Of a DNA stretch of 64,000 bases, positions 1-9,417 are shown one piece after another. Under the pieces are notes generated by a model. The model saw only the letters and a program-made list of their open reading frames with translations, was not told the origin of the DNA and searched no databases. Each line of letters begins with the position of its first letter. Within the stretch, counting starts at the first letter, position 1. The stretch is from a virus: positions 1-64,000 of IMG/VR virus record IMGVR_UViG_3300044713_000232; one strand, 5' to 3'. A program made the position numbers and the translations under genes.

Positions 1-897
1 GCTCTCGATGACATAGGCATCGCCGTTGGTAGGGGTCGCTTCGGTGGGCGGATTCGTCGGGACTACGAGCTGCGAGACGCGCGCGACGCCGGCGCTGATG
101 TTCTTCGCGACCCACATCTCGTCGCCGGCGCGTGCGCCCGCGGTGATGCGGAGTCGCTGACCGATGAACGGCGTCCAACTAGCCCCGCCGATAGCAGCGT
201 CGGTCACCTGCCATGCCTGGTTCGTAGCGCGGTTCAGCGCAGTCGTCGCTGCCGTGAAGCTACCTGTGTGCAGCGTAGTAGCCGCGGTGCCCTGTACCGT
301 CAAGGAGCCGTCGGGCGGTAGCACGACGAGTAGATTCAACGGATCGCTTGAGGGAATGTTGGAGTCGAGGTTGATGGTGACGCTCGCCGCGGTGATGTTG
401 CCATAGTGGCCAAGGCGGTTCTCGAGCTCCGCGCACGTCTTCAGCGCGGTGCCGGCAGTGAGGCCGTTGTTGGCGTCGTTACCTGTCGAGGCGTTGATGT
501 GCCATGTGGCTTGCGCGAGGGCAGCCGGCAAACCGCTGCCGGAGGGGCCGCCGGGGAGCGTGACAACCCCGCCCTTGACGAACAGGGAGATCAACCCCGT
601 CACAGGGTCCACGTTGATGTCGCCGGCCTGCGCTGGCGCCGACGATTGGAGGAACCTGAGAAGCCCGAGACCGGCAGGGAACCTGAATCGGTTGACGCCG
701 TTGGTACGTACGTTGAGGTCGTTGTTATCGTTGGTGCCTAGCACCCCCGAAGCGCCGAAGGCGTTGCCCCCCTGGACGAACGCGTTGACGGCTGAGCCGG
801 CGGCTTTTTTCGCCGCTTCAAAGGCTAGCTCTACCTTCGATTCGAGGTACGCGAGAAAGGTGTTACGCGCCTGGCCCGAGGATCTATTCGCGCCCAC
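1..897 (-). CDS. Spike/receptor-binding protein, probably beta-helix (pectin-lyase-like); 3' end lies beyond the window edge
   Basis: Not in the ORF track; translated by hand from GTG 897: MGANRSSGQARNT...FVQGGNAFGASGVLGTNDNNDLNVRTNGV...WHINASTGNDANNGLTAGTALKT. The N-terminus is paralogous to 1269..2822; GNDxNxG...KT is typical of the cap of beta-helix proteins. Confidence 0.7.
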   Translation of the reverse strand, partial: MGANRSSGQARNTFLAYLESKVELAFEAAKKAAGSAVNAFVQGGNAFGASGVLGTNDNNDLNVRTNGVNRFRFPAGLGLLRFLQSSAPAQAGDINVDPVTGLISLFVKGGVVTLPGGPSGSGLPAALAQATWHINASTGNDANNGLTAGTALKTCAELENRLGHYGNITAASVTINLDSNIPSSDPLNLLVVLPPDGSLTVQGTAATTLHTGSFTAATTALNRATNQAWQVTDAAIGGASWTPFIGQRLRITAGARAGDEMWVAKNISAGVARVSQLVVPTNPPTEATPTNGDAYVIES

Positions 898-904
898 GCT
901 CCGG

Positions 905-919
905 AGTATCGCACAGTAG
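905..919 (-). promoter_or_regulatory. Putative leaderless promoter CTACTGTGCGATACT (extended -10), copy 1
   Basis: Identical 15-mer at 2830..2844; both lie exactly 7 nt upstream of a spike start codon, with no SD. Confidence 0.65.
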
Positions 920-930
920 GAGAGTGGCGG

Positions 931-1242
931 CTACTGCGCCGGCTTGATCGTGCCCTTACTCCAGTCGATGGCGTAGTTCTTACTCTCATCGAGCTTGTGA
1001 GCCTTGAGAATCTCCGCGGAGCGCTTCTGAAGCGCGGCGGCGGAGCGCTCGATGTCGTCGAGCAACGTGGCGCGTTTCTTTTCATATTCGCGCCGTTGGT
1101 ATTCAAAGCTCAGCGAGACGTGTAGCCACGCTGTCTGGTGCTGTTGACTATCCTCATTGAGGCGCCGGAGCTCAGCTTTTTCCACGTCAGTCATCACGGC
1201 TTCCGTCGGCTTCGCGCCGGGTGCCTGCTTGTTGCGAGTCAT
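931..1242 (-). CDS. Hypothetical coiled-coil protein, possibly a spike assembly chaperone
   Basis: Helical charged ORF between the two spike genes; GGAG SD upstream. Confidence 0.55.
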   Translation of the reverse strand: MTRNKQAPGAKPTEAVMTDVEKAELRRLNEDSQQHQTAWLHVSLSFEYQRREYEKKRATLLDDIERSAAALQKRSAEILKAHKLDESKNYAIDWSKGTIKPAQ

Positions 1243-1268
1243 GCTCCACCTGCTGTGCAGGCGCGGCT

Positions 1269-2822
1269 TTAGGCAGCCCTAGATTCCAGCTGCGCGATAC
1301 GCGCGTGCAGCTCTTGGATAGCTCGGACGCAGTAGGGCGTCAACTTGGAGTAGTCGACCTGCATCAAGCCACGCCTGTCAGCCTCGACAGTCACGGCGCT
1401 CGGTACGACTTCGATTAGCTCCTGAGCGATAAAGCCGGTGCGCTTAGCGACGCCAGGTTCGTCCACCTTGAAGCCGAAGTCACGCACGCGCATCTTGAGG
1501 ATGTCGGTGAGGCCATGGCTGGTGTCCTCGATGTCTTTCTTGAGGCGCCTGTCGGAGCTCGTGTTGAACGCCGTGGCGCTCGTCGTGATGGCGATGGAGC
1601 CTACGACGGTACCGCTAGCAGCTGCCTCGCGGAAGTCGATGATGATGCGGCTTGTCGCGCTATCGTCGCCGCCCCAGAAGGTCGCGCACCCGGCCGTGGA
1701 GTTGTTGGCGGTGTTCTGGAATATGGCGATGAAGTTCTGCCCCGTACCGCCAAGCTGTACACCCGCGGTACCGTCGACATCGAGCGTGGTGCGCGGTGTG
1801 ACCGAACCGCCGCTTGCGATGCTGAAACGCGCGTTCGTGCTATCGAAGATGGCGAACTCGTTCGTGAGCGCCGCGTTGGCGACCACGAAAGCGGCCGTAC
1901 TGTCGGTGCCAGGCGACGCGAAGATGGTCCCCGTACCTTTCGTGGAGATCTTGAGATTGACGGCCGCGTCCGAGCCCGAGGAGGTGAATAGCGGTGTGCC
2001 TGCCGTAGCTGCGTTGTCGATGGTGATGAAGTTGACAGCGCTCGCGATGGCCACCGTCTTGAGAAGCGCGTTGCCGTTGCCATCGATGAGGAAGACACCG
2101 GCCGTGCCCTTGCCCTTGAGGCTCAGAGCGATCGTTGCGTCTGTACCGACTGCCTGGATCGTCGGGCTCCCACCGGTCGCGGCGTTCGCGATCGTGACGA
2201 AGTTGACCGCGCTACCGACAGCAGTGTTCGTAAGCCAGGTGTTGTTGTTCGCGTCGTTGAAGGTCGTGGTTCCGCGCAGTGTCACGCTGGTCGTACCGGT
2301 GATCTGCATCGCGGTGCCGAGCAGTGTGACAGTGTTGCCTCCGGCCGAGCCTATGTTGATGGGAACCGTGCTCGAGGCTCCGAAGTTCAAATTGCCGGCG
2401 CTGGTGTTGATGTTGACGTTGCCGGCGAAGCCGAGTGTACCGGCGCCGTTGCTCGTCAACGTGACGGCGCCGACGGTCATCGTCAGGCTGGGGTTGGCGG
2501 CACCGCCGATGGTTACGGCGTTGGCGTTCGTGCCGCCGATGACGAGCCCCGTGACCGTCAGCGTGTCGAACGAGTTGGCTAGAAAGTTGCCCGAGGTATC
2601 CGCCTCAGCGCGCGTGACGCCGTTGGTTCTGATGAGAAGTGGGTTGGCGTCGTTGGTCCCTAGGACCGCAGGCACGCCGAAGGAGTTGCCGCCCTGCAAG
2701 AACGCCCCGGCGGCGATCGACCTCTCGGCGGCCTGCGCTCGTGCTAGCGCCAGGATCTCGATACTGGAGATGTAGGCCATCTCCGTATTGCGAATTGCGC
2801 CCGAGCTGCGTAGTGCTCCCAT
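1269..2822 (-). CDS. Fibre/spike protein with C-terminal intramolecular chaperone (peptidase S74)
   Basis: Gly/Thr/Asn-rich with a duplicated AVNF[VI]TI.NAAT.G.P...G.D unit; C-terminal SSDRRLKKDI...GFIAQEL...VDYSKL...AIQEL is the S74 auto-cleaving chaperone signature. Confidence 0.9.
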   Translation of the reverse strand: MGALRSSGAIRNTEMAYISSIEILALARAQAAERSIAAGAFLQGGNSFGVPAVLGTNDANPLLIRTNGVTRAEADTSGNFLANSFDTLTVTGLVIGGTNANAVTIGGAANPSLTMTVGAVTLTSNGAGTLGFAGNVNINTSAGNLNFGASSTVPINIGSAGGNTVTLLGTAMQITGTTSVTLRGTTTFNDANNNTWLTNTAVGSAVNFVTIANAATGGSPTIQAVGTDATIALSLKGKGTAGVFLIDGNGNALLKTVAIASAVNFITIDNAATAGTPLFTSSGSDAAVNLKISTKGTGTIFASPGTDSTAAFVVANAALTNEFAIFDSTNARFSIASGGSVTPRTTLDVDGTAGVQLGGTGQNFIAIFQNTANNSTAGCATFWGGDDSATSRIIIDFREAAASGTVVGSIAITTSATAFNTSSDRRLKKDIEDTSHGLTDILKMRVRDFGFKVDEPGVAKRTGFIAQELIEVVPSAVTVEADRRGLMQVDYSKLTPYCVRAIQELHARIAQLESRAA

Positions 2823-2829
2823 GGAGAGC

Positions 2830-2844
2830 AGTATCGCACAGTAG
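2830..2844 (-). promoter_or_regulatory. Putative leaderless promoter CTACTGTGCGATACT, copy 2
   Basis: Exact repeat of 905..919, 7 nt upstream of ATG 2822. Confidence 0.65.
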
Positions 2845-2855
2845 AGGAGGGGGTG

Positions 2856-3410
2856 CTACGCGCGCTTCGCAGCTATCAGCTGAGCTACTGCCGCCTCACG
2901 GTCGCGCACATCTCGCAGGTAACGCCATGAGAGCTCTTCGCCGAGCACGACGTTGGGCCCGGTGCCTCGGAAGTGCCAGCCGTCGATGCGGTATTGGCCG
3001 ACGCCGGTGCCGTCGATGCGGCATGTACCTTCGCGGCGAACCCAGATGCCGGCGGCGGCCGCCGCTTCGTAGATGAGGAGGATGAACTCCTCTCTCGTAG
3101 CCGGAGGCCAGGCGGAAAGCAGCACATCAATCCAGTAGTGGAACATCAGCCTGAAACCTTTCTCGGCGAACGTGATGTCTTCCCAGACGTCGCCCCGCGG
3201 CTCTTCGACGTGCGGTACGGGTAGACACGCGAAGATGCGGCAGCCCCGAGGCAGTGGTCTGTCACGCCAGTCGGTGAGGAAGGCGGCGTCGGCCGCCATC
3301 GCGAATTGAATGCAGGTAACGCAGACGGCGACAGGTGGGTGCTCCTCATCGTTGTCGGCGTAGTCTGGGAGCTCACACCAGCCTTCGCATTGGAAGCACT
3401 GTACCCTCAT
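2856..3410 (-). CDS. Hypothetical protein with N-terminal Zn ribbon
   Basis: CxxC...CxxC; start overlaps the upstream stop (ATGA). Confidence 0.55.
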   Translation of the reverse strand: MRVQCFQCEGWCELPDYADNDEEHPPVAVCVTCIQFAMAADAAFLTDWRDRPLPRGCRIFACLPVPHVEEPRGDVWEDITFAEKGFRLMFHYWIDVLLSAWPPATREEFILLIYEAAAAAGIWVRREGTCRIDGTGVGQYRIDGWHFRGTGPNVVLGEELSWRYLRDVRDREAAVAQLIAAKRA

Positions 3411-3901
3411 TCCCGTGGATCCGTGGCGCTGTACATGTGCTCCACGACGCCGCCTTTCTGAATCTCGATGATGACGCGCTCCTGCTTCAGCGCTATGCGA
3501 AGCGACTCGCCGAGCTTCAACATGTTTTGCACGAAGTCAGCTTCGCCTGTGAGATTCAAGAGAATCACCTGCGCAGCGTCTTCGTCGATGCGTTCTCCCC
3601 CGGCGGCTTCGTAGATACCGCGCTGCAAGAGGAAGCTTGCATCGCCTGATGCACCCTGCTTCTTGCGAATCGCGTAGACAGCGTCGGCGACTTGCTGAAG
3701 TGTCCACGCCGGGCGCCCCCCGACGTTGAAGCCGACGAACAGCCGTGCCCCCTCTGCCCCGAAGTCTTCGATGTCACGCGCCTCGGCGCCGTCGGCGCCT
3801 GAGGGCTGGTAGCGGTATACGGCGCCGTCGGGGCGCCACCTGAAGGTACCGCACTTCGCGTGATGCACGGCTTCGCCGAGGTAGAGGGGGATGATTGCCA
3901 T
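3407..3901 (-). CDS. Hypothetical protein
   Basis: Globular-looking ORF; TAGACT 6 nt upstream of ATG. Confidence 0.6.
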   Translation of the reverse strand: MAIIPLYLGEAVHHAKCGTFRWRPDGAVYRYQPSGADGAEARDIEDFGAEGARLFVGFNVGGRPAWTLQQVADAVYAIRKKQGASGDASFLLQRGIYEAAGGERIDEDAAQVILLNLTGEADFVQNMLKLGESLRIALKQERVIIEIQKGGVVEHMYSATDPRE

Positions 3902-3925
3902 GCGGCTAGTCTAGCGCTTGTGGCG

Positions 3926-4180
3926 CTATTCGGCAGCCGGCGCTGGCGCGTCCTGCGCCTGTCGCCGCTTGAAGTTCTCGATGCGCTTGGCTGCCCCGAG
4001 CTTCCCGATGCGGCTCATGTGCTCGCGGTCCTGCGCAACCTTCTCCCCGCCCTTGGCGCCGGCCTCGACGGCCTGCTCGGGGGTGAAGCGATGCGCGCGG
4101 CCTTGCGCGTGCGCTGACTTGCCCCCCTTGCTGGCGATGGCGCGCTGCTTCTCGGGGCTCATTCCTGCGAATCCTCTCAT
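3926..4180 (-). CDS. KGG-repeat general stress protein (YciG/GsiB/Con-10-like)
   Basis: RGFAGMSPEKQRAIASKGG...AHRFTPEQAVEAGAKGG...IGKLG. Confidence 0.85.
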   Translation of the reverse strand: MRGFAGMSPEKQRAIASKGGKSAHAQGRAHRFTPEQAVEAGAKGGEKVAQDREHMSRIGKLGAAKRIENFKRRQAQDAPAPAAE

Positions 4181-4910
4181 GACGGTTCTCCTTTTCTGTC
4201 GGTGTCGGGTGGCTTTGCGCCGTCGGCGCGGCCGAAGAGCTCGTTGATCTCTTCGATAGTGACGTCGGCCGGGAGTAGCTTCAGCACTTCGGCTGTCTCC
4301 GCGCAGACGAGGTGGCTCTCGGTGAAGGCGTCGATGAAGTCGTCGCGCGTCGTCGCTACCTCGAGTAGCAAGTCAGCTGCCGCCATGCGCGTCTCGAGAC
4401 GCTTGACGCGCACGAGGAGCTCGGGGGGAATGGTGAAGCGCATCAGTAACCGTCGCTTTCGTTGCGCAGCTGTCGCGCTGCCGCGCGCGCCCCGAGGGCG
4501 TCGATGCGCAGAGTGGCCGGCACCTTCCACACCCCGACGACGCCGGTGAAGCGCTTGCGGGGCTTGCCGTCGGCGCCGGTAGGCGCTCCGGGGATGTCTT
4601 CGTAGCATCGCTGTCGGAGGTACTCGCCCTCCTTCAGATAGCGGCCTACGGCTGCTGCCTCGCGCCGGGGGCCGGGGCGAATGACGCCGATGGCGATGAG
4701 GCACCTTCTAATCGCGGGGCCGTCGAGGCACTCGAAGATATCTTGCAGCGGTTCGCCTTGGCGAAGACGCATCAAGTGCGCGGTGACGTCGATGACGCTG
4801 GGCGCCAGCGGCGCCTGCGGGGTGTTAGCGGGCATTGACTTTCTCCTGTAGCTTGACGGCTTTGTCGAAGGCGGCGAGCACTTGCTTCCGTTTGGTGTCA
4901 TTGAATGCGA

Positions 4911-4991
4911 TCACGCGTAGAGCGACTTTAGTTGCGCCTGGTTTGTCTTTTCTCTAGTAGAGGCGAGTGTCTCGCCGAGCTTTTCGTCGAC
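4911..4991 (-). pseudogene. Orphaned duplicate of the SNF2 helicase C-terminus
   Basis: Reads VDEKLGETLASTREKTNQAQLKSLYA*, versus helicase LDERLGESLSSIRAKTSQEQLRLLYE (15/26 identical); lies directly after the HNH stop. Confidence 0.75.
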
Positions 4992-4992
4992 G

Positions 4993-5661
4993 CTAGCGCC
5001 ACTTGCGCTTCGAGTATTCTACGAACGGTTCGGTGAGCGCCCGCGCGTACGTCCAGCCGTACCTTCTAACGCGCGCCCACACGCGGTGGTACTTGAGGCC
5101 CAGAGCTCGGCACCACTCTTTCAACGTCTTTGTCTCTCCGCGGAAGCGAACGTACACGTTAGCTGCTGTATTATTGGCCTGCTGCCGCAAAGTGGCCCAA
5201 CGGCAATTGCCTGGGGCGTAGTTTCCACGCCTGTCGGGGAACCTATCGACAGAGTGCGCCTTGGACGGACGTTTGCCCATGTCCTTGAAGAAGGCGCTGA
5301 AGTCGTGCCATGCGGCGGCTACGTGAATACCCTTGGCCCCATATCGTGGGTAGTCCTTGTGGTTACGGTTGTAGCATCGCGCCATGATCCCTGACCACAC
5401 ACGAAACTCCGGCGTGTTCGTCATGCCGTGGGTCTTGATCGCGTCGCTTATGTGCTTACCCCTCAGGCAGCCACAAGACCGAGTGCCATTGTACACGAGG
5501 TTAGCGTGTTGTACCGTCTTGACGGTTCCGCAATCGCAACGGACTATCCACGTCCACGTACTCCACTTAGTAGCCGGCCCTTCAGCTATGATCGTCAGCG
5601 CACCGAAGCGCGCCCCCACCTTAGCTATCGGCGTCCGCCGCTTGTTTTTTGAGGCGCTCAT
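4993..5661 (-). mobile_element. Free-standing HNH homing endonuclease
   Basis: CDCG...SCGC...HGM...W..IMARC...YGAKGI.V...F..DMG.RPS..HSVDR....GNYAPGNCRWAT..QQANN; overlaps the helicase 3' end. Confidence 0.9.
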
Positions 5662-8188
5662 AGAGAAGGCGTAATTGCTCCTGAGAGGTTTTGGCGCGGA
5701 TAGACGACAAGCTTTCCCCCAACCGCTCGTCCAGAGGGCCGATCGCGCGCTCGAACGTGTCTAGCTTCGTCAATATAGCCTTCGCCACCAATTCGTCAAC
5801 CGACGAACGTGCGAGAGGGAACTGAAACAGCGTCGGCATCTCCTGCCCGGGGCGGTGCAATCGCGCCATCGTCTGGAGAATCTCGTGCGGCTCCCAGGTG
5901 AGCTCCGCGTAGACACCGACGCTCGCCTGCGTGAGGCTGATACCTCCGGCAGTGACGTCGATGTTGGCACACAGGATGCGCCAATCGCTATTGATACGCC
6001 GTTGGCGCTCGCGCTGCAAGACGCCCCCGTGAATGAAAGCGGCGCCTTCGCCGAAGGCGGCTGCGAGCGCTTCGCAGACGGTGCGGCGCCAGCAGAAGAC
6101 AACGACGCGGTTGCCGGAGGCGACGTGACTCTTCACCAACTCGACGACGTGCGGCAACTTACCGTCAGCAGCAAGATCCAATGCACGCCTCAGTGCTTTC
6201 TCTGACACGCGCTTGTCGCCGATGATGCTCTTCGGGGGCGCGATGTTGGCGCGCTTGACATCGACGAGAAACGTCTGCATCGTGCGCGGTGGTAGTTGCA
6301 ACGCGACGTCTTTCTTGGTGCGCCGTAGCATGAAAAAGCGCAAGCGCTTATTCAGCTCCTCGAGATTGCTGGCGCCCTCGAATCGCCACACTGCCTTCGG
6401 CAGCTTGCTTCCGCGCTGAGGCACCTCCTCTTGATGCCCATCGCAGTTCTTACTCGCGTAGCCGTACACGACGTAGTTACCAGTATCGGTTGTTAGGGAT
6501 ACGACCTCACCCTCACCGTGCGGCTCTACGCTTACGATAGTATCCTGAGTCCTGAACCGCCCGTTCAGAATCAGCTCCTCTATGCGTTTACGTCGAACCG
6601 GCGCGCACCACGTCAAAAACTCTAGATTCCGTTGGCGCCCACCGGCTATACGGAAACGGTCACACTCGTACTTTCGGTGTGGCCCCATACCGTCAATAGT
6701 GTACGGTACGCCCAACGTAGCTAACGCGCTCTCGATAGCTGCGCAGACATCGGGGTTATGCTTACGGGATTGAGATATATTGATAGCGGTGTAAGTACAG
6801 TTACCCTCTCCGTCGTAGATGCCGCCGAGCCAACGAGCTATGCCGACATACTCCGGAGCCAACGGTCTAGGCGTGTCTATGACGTGGGCCAGATGGTTGC
6901 CCTTACGCGTACGACACCAGATGTACTTACCGTTCGACTTGTGCATGCTCGCCCACATGTGATCCGACGTACATACCAGCGTTCTGCCGGAGGCCATAGT
7001 AACTTTGACTAGCGGGGCCACACGCCTACCCACGGCTAGTACTTTAGCTGTACACAATCTGTTCTGGCCGCCGAAACCTTTACGGGGCCTGTCCGGTCTA
7101 TCGTTGGATCGCTTCCACCCTACAACGCTGTCTCCGGGCCGGATATCGCCGATAGGTTTGAACGTAAGGTCCCCCATCCACACAGGAGCGTCCGGTGGGC
7201 AGCAGTAACGTATACCGTGCGCGACGAACTTCCCGAACCTTCCGGGGCTGATGGTGTCCACGAGATTCCACAAGTCACGCGGTCTGTTTGTCAAAGGCGT
7301 GCCTGTCAGAGCTATGCGCTGTGTGCACCCCGCGGCAATCGATGCGAGCGCTTGGCTTCTGCCGCTCTTGGCATTGCTAATGTAGTGCGCCTCGTCACAC
7401 ACGAGCGTCTTCACGGCGCCGACGAGGTGCGGCGTCCACGCGTGGAGGATGGAGTAGTTGCAGACGGTCAGCGGCGCTTCTGGCAACGCGGCGGGCGCGA
7501 AGCTGACGCCGAGGCGCTTGCGCTCCTCGGGCGGGAAGCGCTTGTCGGCGAAGTCTTCGGCGTCGTCTAACGTCGGGAAGGTGTCTGCATCGTAGAACGA
7601 TGTCGTCCAGCCGATGGGCGCTTGGCCTCGCCAGTACCACGAGCGCCCCTTGTTGTCTTCTCGCGAGACTACCCAAGGGCCCGCCTTCACGCCCTCCAGC
7701 ACCTGCGGGGGCCAGGCGTCGCGCCACCACTTCTTCACCTCGGAGAAGTCGTCGTCGCCCCAGATGCCCGTGACGAAGGCGGGGCACACCACGAGAGCCG
7801 GTTGTTTGAAAGCGCGCGCGGCGCGTAGCGCCACTGCTGTCTTGCCGAGACCCATGTCGTCTGCAAGCAACACCCCCTCATCGGCGTGCGTGACGACGAA
7901 GCTGATAGCTGTGCACTGGTGATCGCGCATGTCTTCGTAGCTAGGCTGAAACCTCGTCGGCGCCTGTGACGAGATTGCTTCCACAGTGCCGTTGACGCGG
8001 ATGCCTTTTGCGGCAAGCGCCTCGACGGCGAGCGACGCGGCATCGCGATAGCCTTCCCAGACGCGCGCCTCTTTATTCCACGCCATCCCCGGCGTTTCGC
8101 GCGCCGCCTTATACAGCGCGGGGCTGTACGTGGAGCTGCGGAGGCGCCAGAGAGGGCCGTGGGGGAGCTTCTCGACGCTGATTGCCAC
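5621..8188 (-). CDS. SNF2-family (SF2) helicase containing an intein
   Basis: LADDMGLGKT, DEAHY, ALTGTP..N, MLRRTK, GISLT.A, Q..ARLHR.GQ; probable GTG start at 8188 with GAAAGG SD (the ORF-track start at 8665 is over-extended). Confidence 0.92.
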   Translation of the reverse strand: MAISVEKLPHGPLWRLRSSTYSPALYKAARETPGMAWNKEARVWEGYRDAASLAVEALAAKGIRVNGTVEAISSQAPTRFQPSYEDMRDHQCTAISFVVTHADEGVLLADDMGLGKTAVALRAARAFKQPALVVCPAFVTGIWGDDDFSEVKKWWRDAWPPQVLEGVKAGPWVVSREDNKGRSWYWRGQAPIGWTTSFYDADTFPTLDDAEDFADKRFPPEERKRLGVSFAPAALPEAPLTVCNYSILHAWTPHLVGAVKTLVCDEAHYISNAKSGRSQALASIAAGCTQRIALTGTPLTNRPRDLWNLVDTISPGRFGKFVAHGIRYCCPPDAPVWMGDLTFKPIGDIRPGDSVVGWKRSNDRPDRPRKGFGGQNRLCTAKVLAVGRRVAPLVKVTMASGRTLVCTSDHMWASMHKSNGKYIWCRTRKGNHLAHVIDTPRPLAPEYVGIARWLGGIYDGEGNCTYTAINISQSRKHNPDVCAAIESALATLGVPYTIDGMGPHRKYECDRFRIAGGRQRNLEFLTWCAPVRRKRIEELILNGRFRTQDTIVSVEPHGEGEVVSLTTDTGNYVVYGYASKNCDGHQEEVPQRGSKLPKAVWRFEGASNLEELNKRLRFFMLRRTKKDVALQLPPRTMQTFLVDVKRANIAPPKSIIGDKRVSEKALRRALDLAADGKLPHVVELVKSHVASGNRVVVFCWRRTVCEALAAAFGEGAAFIHGGVLQRERQRRINSDWRILCANIDVTAGGISLTQASVGVYAELTWEPHEILQTMARLHRPGQEMPTLFQFPLARSSVDELVAKAILTKLDTFERAIGPLDERLGESLSSIRAKTSQEQLRLLYERLKKQAADADS
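6446..7204 (-). mobile_element. Intein (~253 aa) with a LAGLIDADG-type motif, inside the SNF2 helicase
   Basis: Starts CCPPDAPV, block B CTSDHMW, WLGGIYDGEG, ends NYVVYGYASKN followed by Cys; excision restores RY|CDG. Confidence 0.88.
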
Positions 8189-8459
8189 TATAGCCGCGCC
8201 TTTCTGAGAGCAGTGCGCGCCACGTCGGCGATAAGGCTCCACTCGTCTGTGGCGTGGAGCATGCGCGCGTCGGCGATGAGAGCTATTGCCTCGAGCGCCG
8301 TATTCATGCGTTGGATAGTCTCCTTGGCCGTCTGCATGATGCGTACCGCTTCGCCAAGCTCGCCGCGCAGCTCGCGGTTGTCTTGACGCAGCTTCAAGAG
8401 CGCCTCCTGAAGCTGGAGGCGCGTTAGCTTGCGAAGCTCCTGCGGCACTTGCGCCGGTT

Positions 8460-8861
8460 TCACTTCTGCACCGCCTCTTCCTTCTTCGCCTTCGGCGCCA
8501 TGTCGAAGTTGCGCCGACCGTAAGCGTCGACGCTGAAGACGCGCTGCTCCGTGGGCGTAGCGGCCCCACCGTGCTTGATGGCGAGCACGCGCCACTGGAA
8601 GACGCCGTCGACTTCGACCCACTCACGCCTGAAGATCGCGAACGGCCTATCGCGCTCGGCAACACCGTATCCGGCGTCGCGGTTGTGGGTGACGGTGCGC
8701 CCGTCGTAGCTCCTGTCGACGCAGGCGCCAGCGGTGTGGTTGGTGAAGAAGGTGCGTGCGGGGTTGCGCCCGCGGTTGTGTACCTTCCCCTTCTTCGAGC
8801 GCGAGGGCGCGACGGGGTCCTTCTTCTTGCCTTCGGGCTTGTTGGTCTGACGCTGAGGCAT
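8460..8861 (-). CDS. Hypothetical basic protein
   Basis: AAAGGA SD; part of a tightly packed minus-strand run. Confidence 0.5.
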   Translation of the reverse strand: MPQRQTNKPEGKKKDPVAPSRSKKGKVHNRGRNPARTFFTNHTAGACVDRSYDGRTVTHNRDAGYGVAERDRPFAIFRREWVEVDGVFQWRVLAIKHGGAATPTEQRVFSVDAYGRRNFDMAPKAKKEEAVQK

Positions 8862-8868
8862 TGGGTGT

Positions 8869-9417
8869 CTATCCTTTCAAGATCGTACCGGTCGCATCAC
8901 AGTGAACGCAGCGCTGCCACCGCGCATCGGCGCGTTCGAGCGGAGTCGAATCACGCCACTCGCGGAGTTTAGCTTCGAGAGCTTGCCAAAAGGCCTCCCC
9001 CTGCTCCCGGTTCACGCGATCATGGTGTGCCCGCGCGAGCGCGTCTGCTTGTGACACGCTCGTGAACTCGCTGCTCCCGCCGTAGCACCGACCGCCGGCA
9101 ACATATGCGCACGCCCGGCCGCGATAGTCAGACATCACCTGCTCGCGGTCGTAGCGGAAGCCGACGTGCATCGTGAGGTCCGAGGCGATGAGCCCGTCGC
9201 GCTCTTTGGCCCGCTGAACGACGTCCTCAGGCACCGTTGCCGGATAGATACGGGAGTACACCGACAGTACGAGCGCGAAGTCCCCTTCGGAGACGATGTA
9301 GACCCACTCGTCGTTGTGGATGCCGTGGTTCGAGCCGGGATGTACACCGCACCCGTTTCGGCCACACGGCGCTCGGATGCAGTCCCACCCCGGCACCGTT
9401 TCGATGCTTCGCTTCAC
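8869..9417 (-). CDS. Hypothetical Cys-containing protein
   Basis: ORF coupled to neighbours; C-terminal CxxC. Confidence 0.5.
   Translation of the reverse strand: MKRSIETVPGWDCIRAPCGRNGCGVHPGSNHGIHNDEWVYIVSEGDFALVLSVYSRIYPATVPEDVVQRAKERDGLIASDLTMHVGFRYDREQVMSDYRGRACAYVAGGRCYGGSSEFTSVSQADALARAHHDRVNREQGEAFWQALEAKLREWRDSTPLERADARWQRCVHCDATGTILKG

Noticed and set aside
2805-2822. MGxxxS N-myristoylation-like starts of both spikes
   Set aside because: Bacteria lack canonical N-myristoyltransferase and none is encoded here; the match is explained by paralogy and chance.
4993-5661. Group I intron around the HNH or LAGLIDADG genes
   Set aside because: No recognisable intron core structure or spare non-coding space; flanking genes have their own stop codons.
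8189-8665. N-terminal 159 aa of the 1014-aa helicase ORF
   Set aside because: Overlaps two better ORFs; the real start is probably GTG 8188 with an SD.
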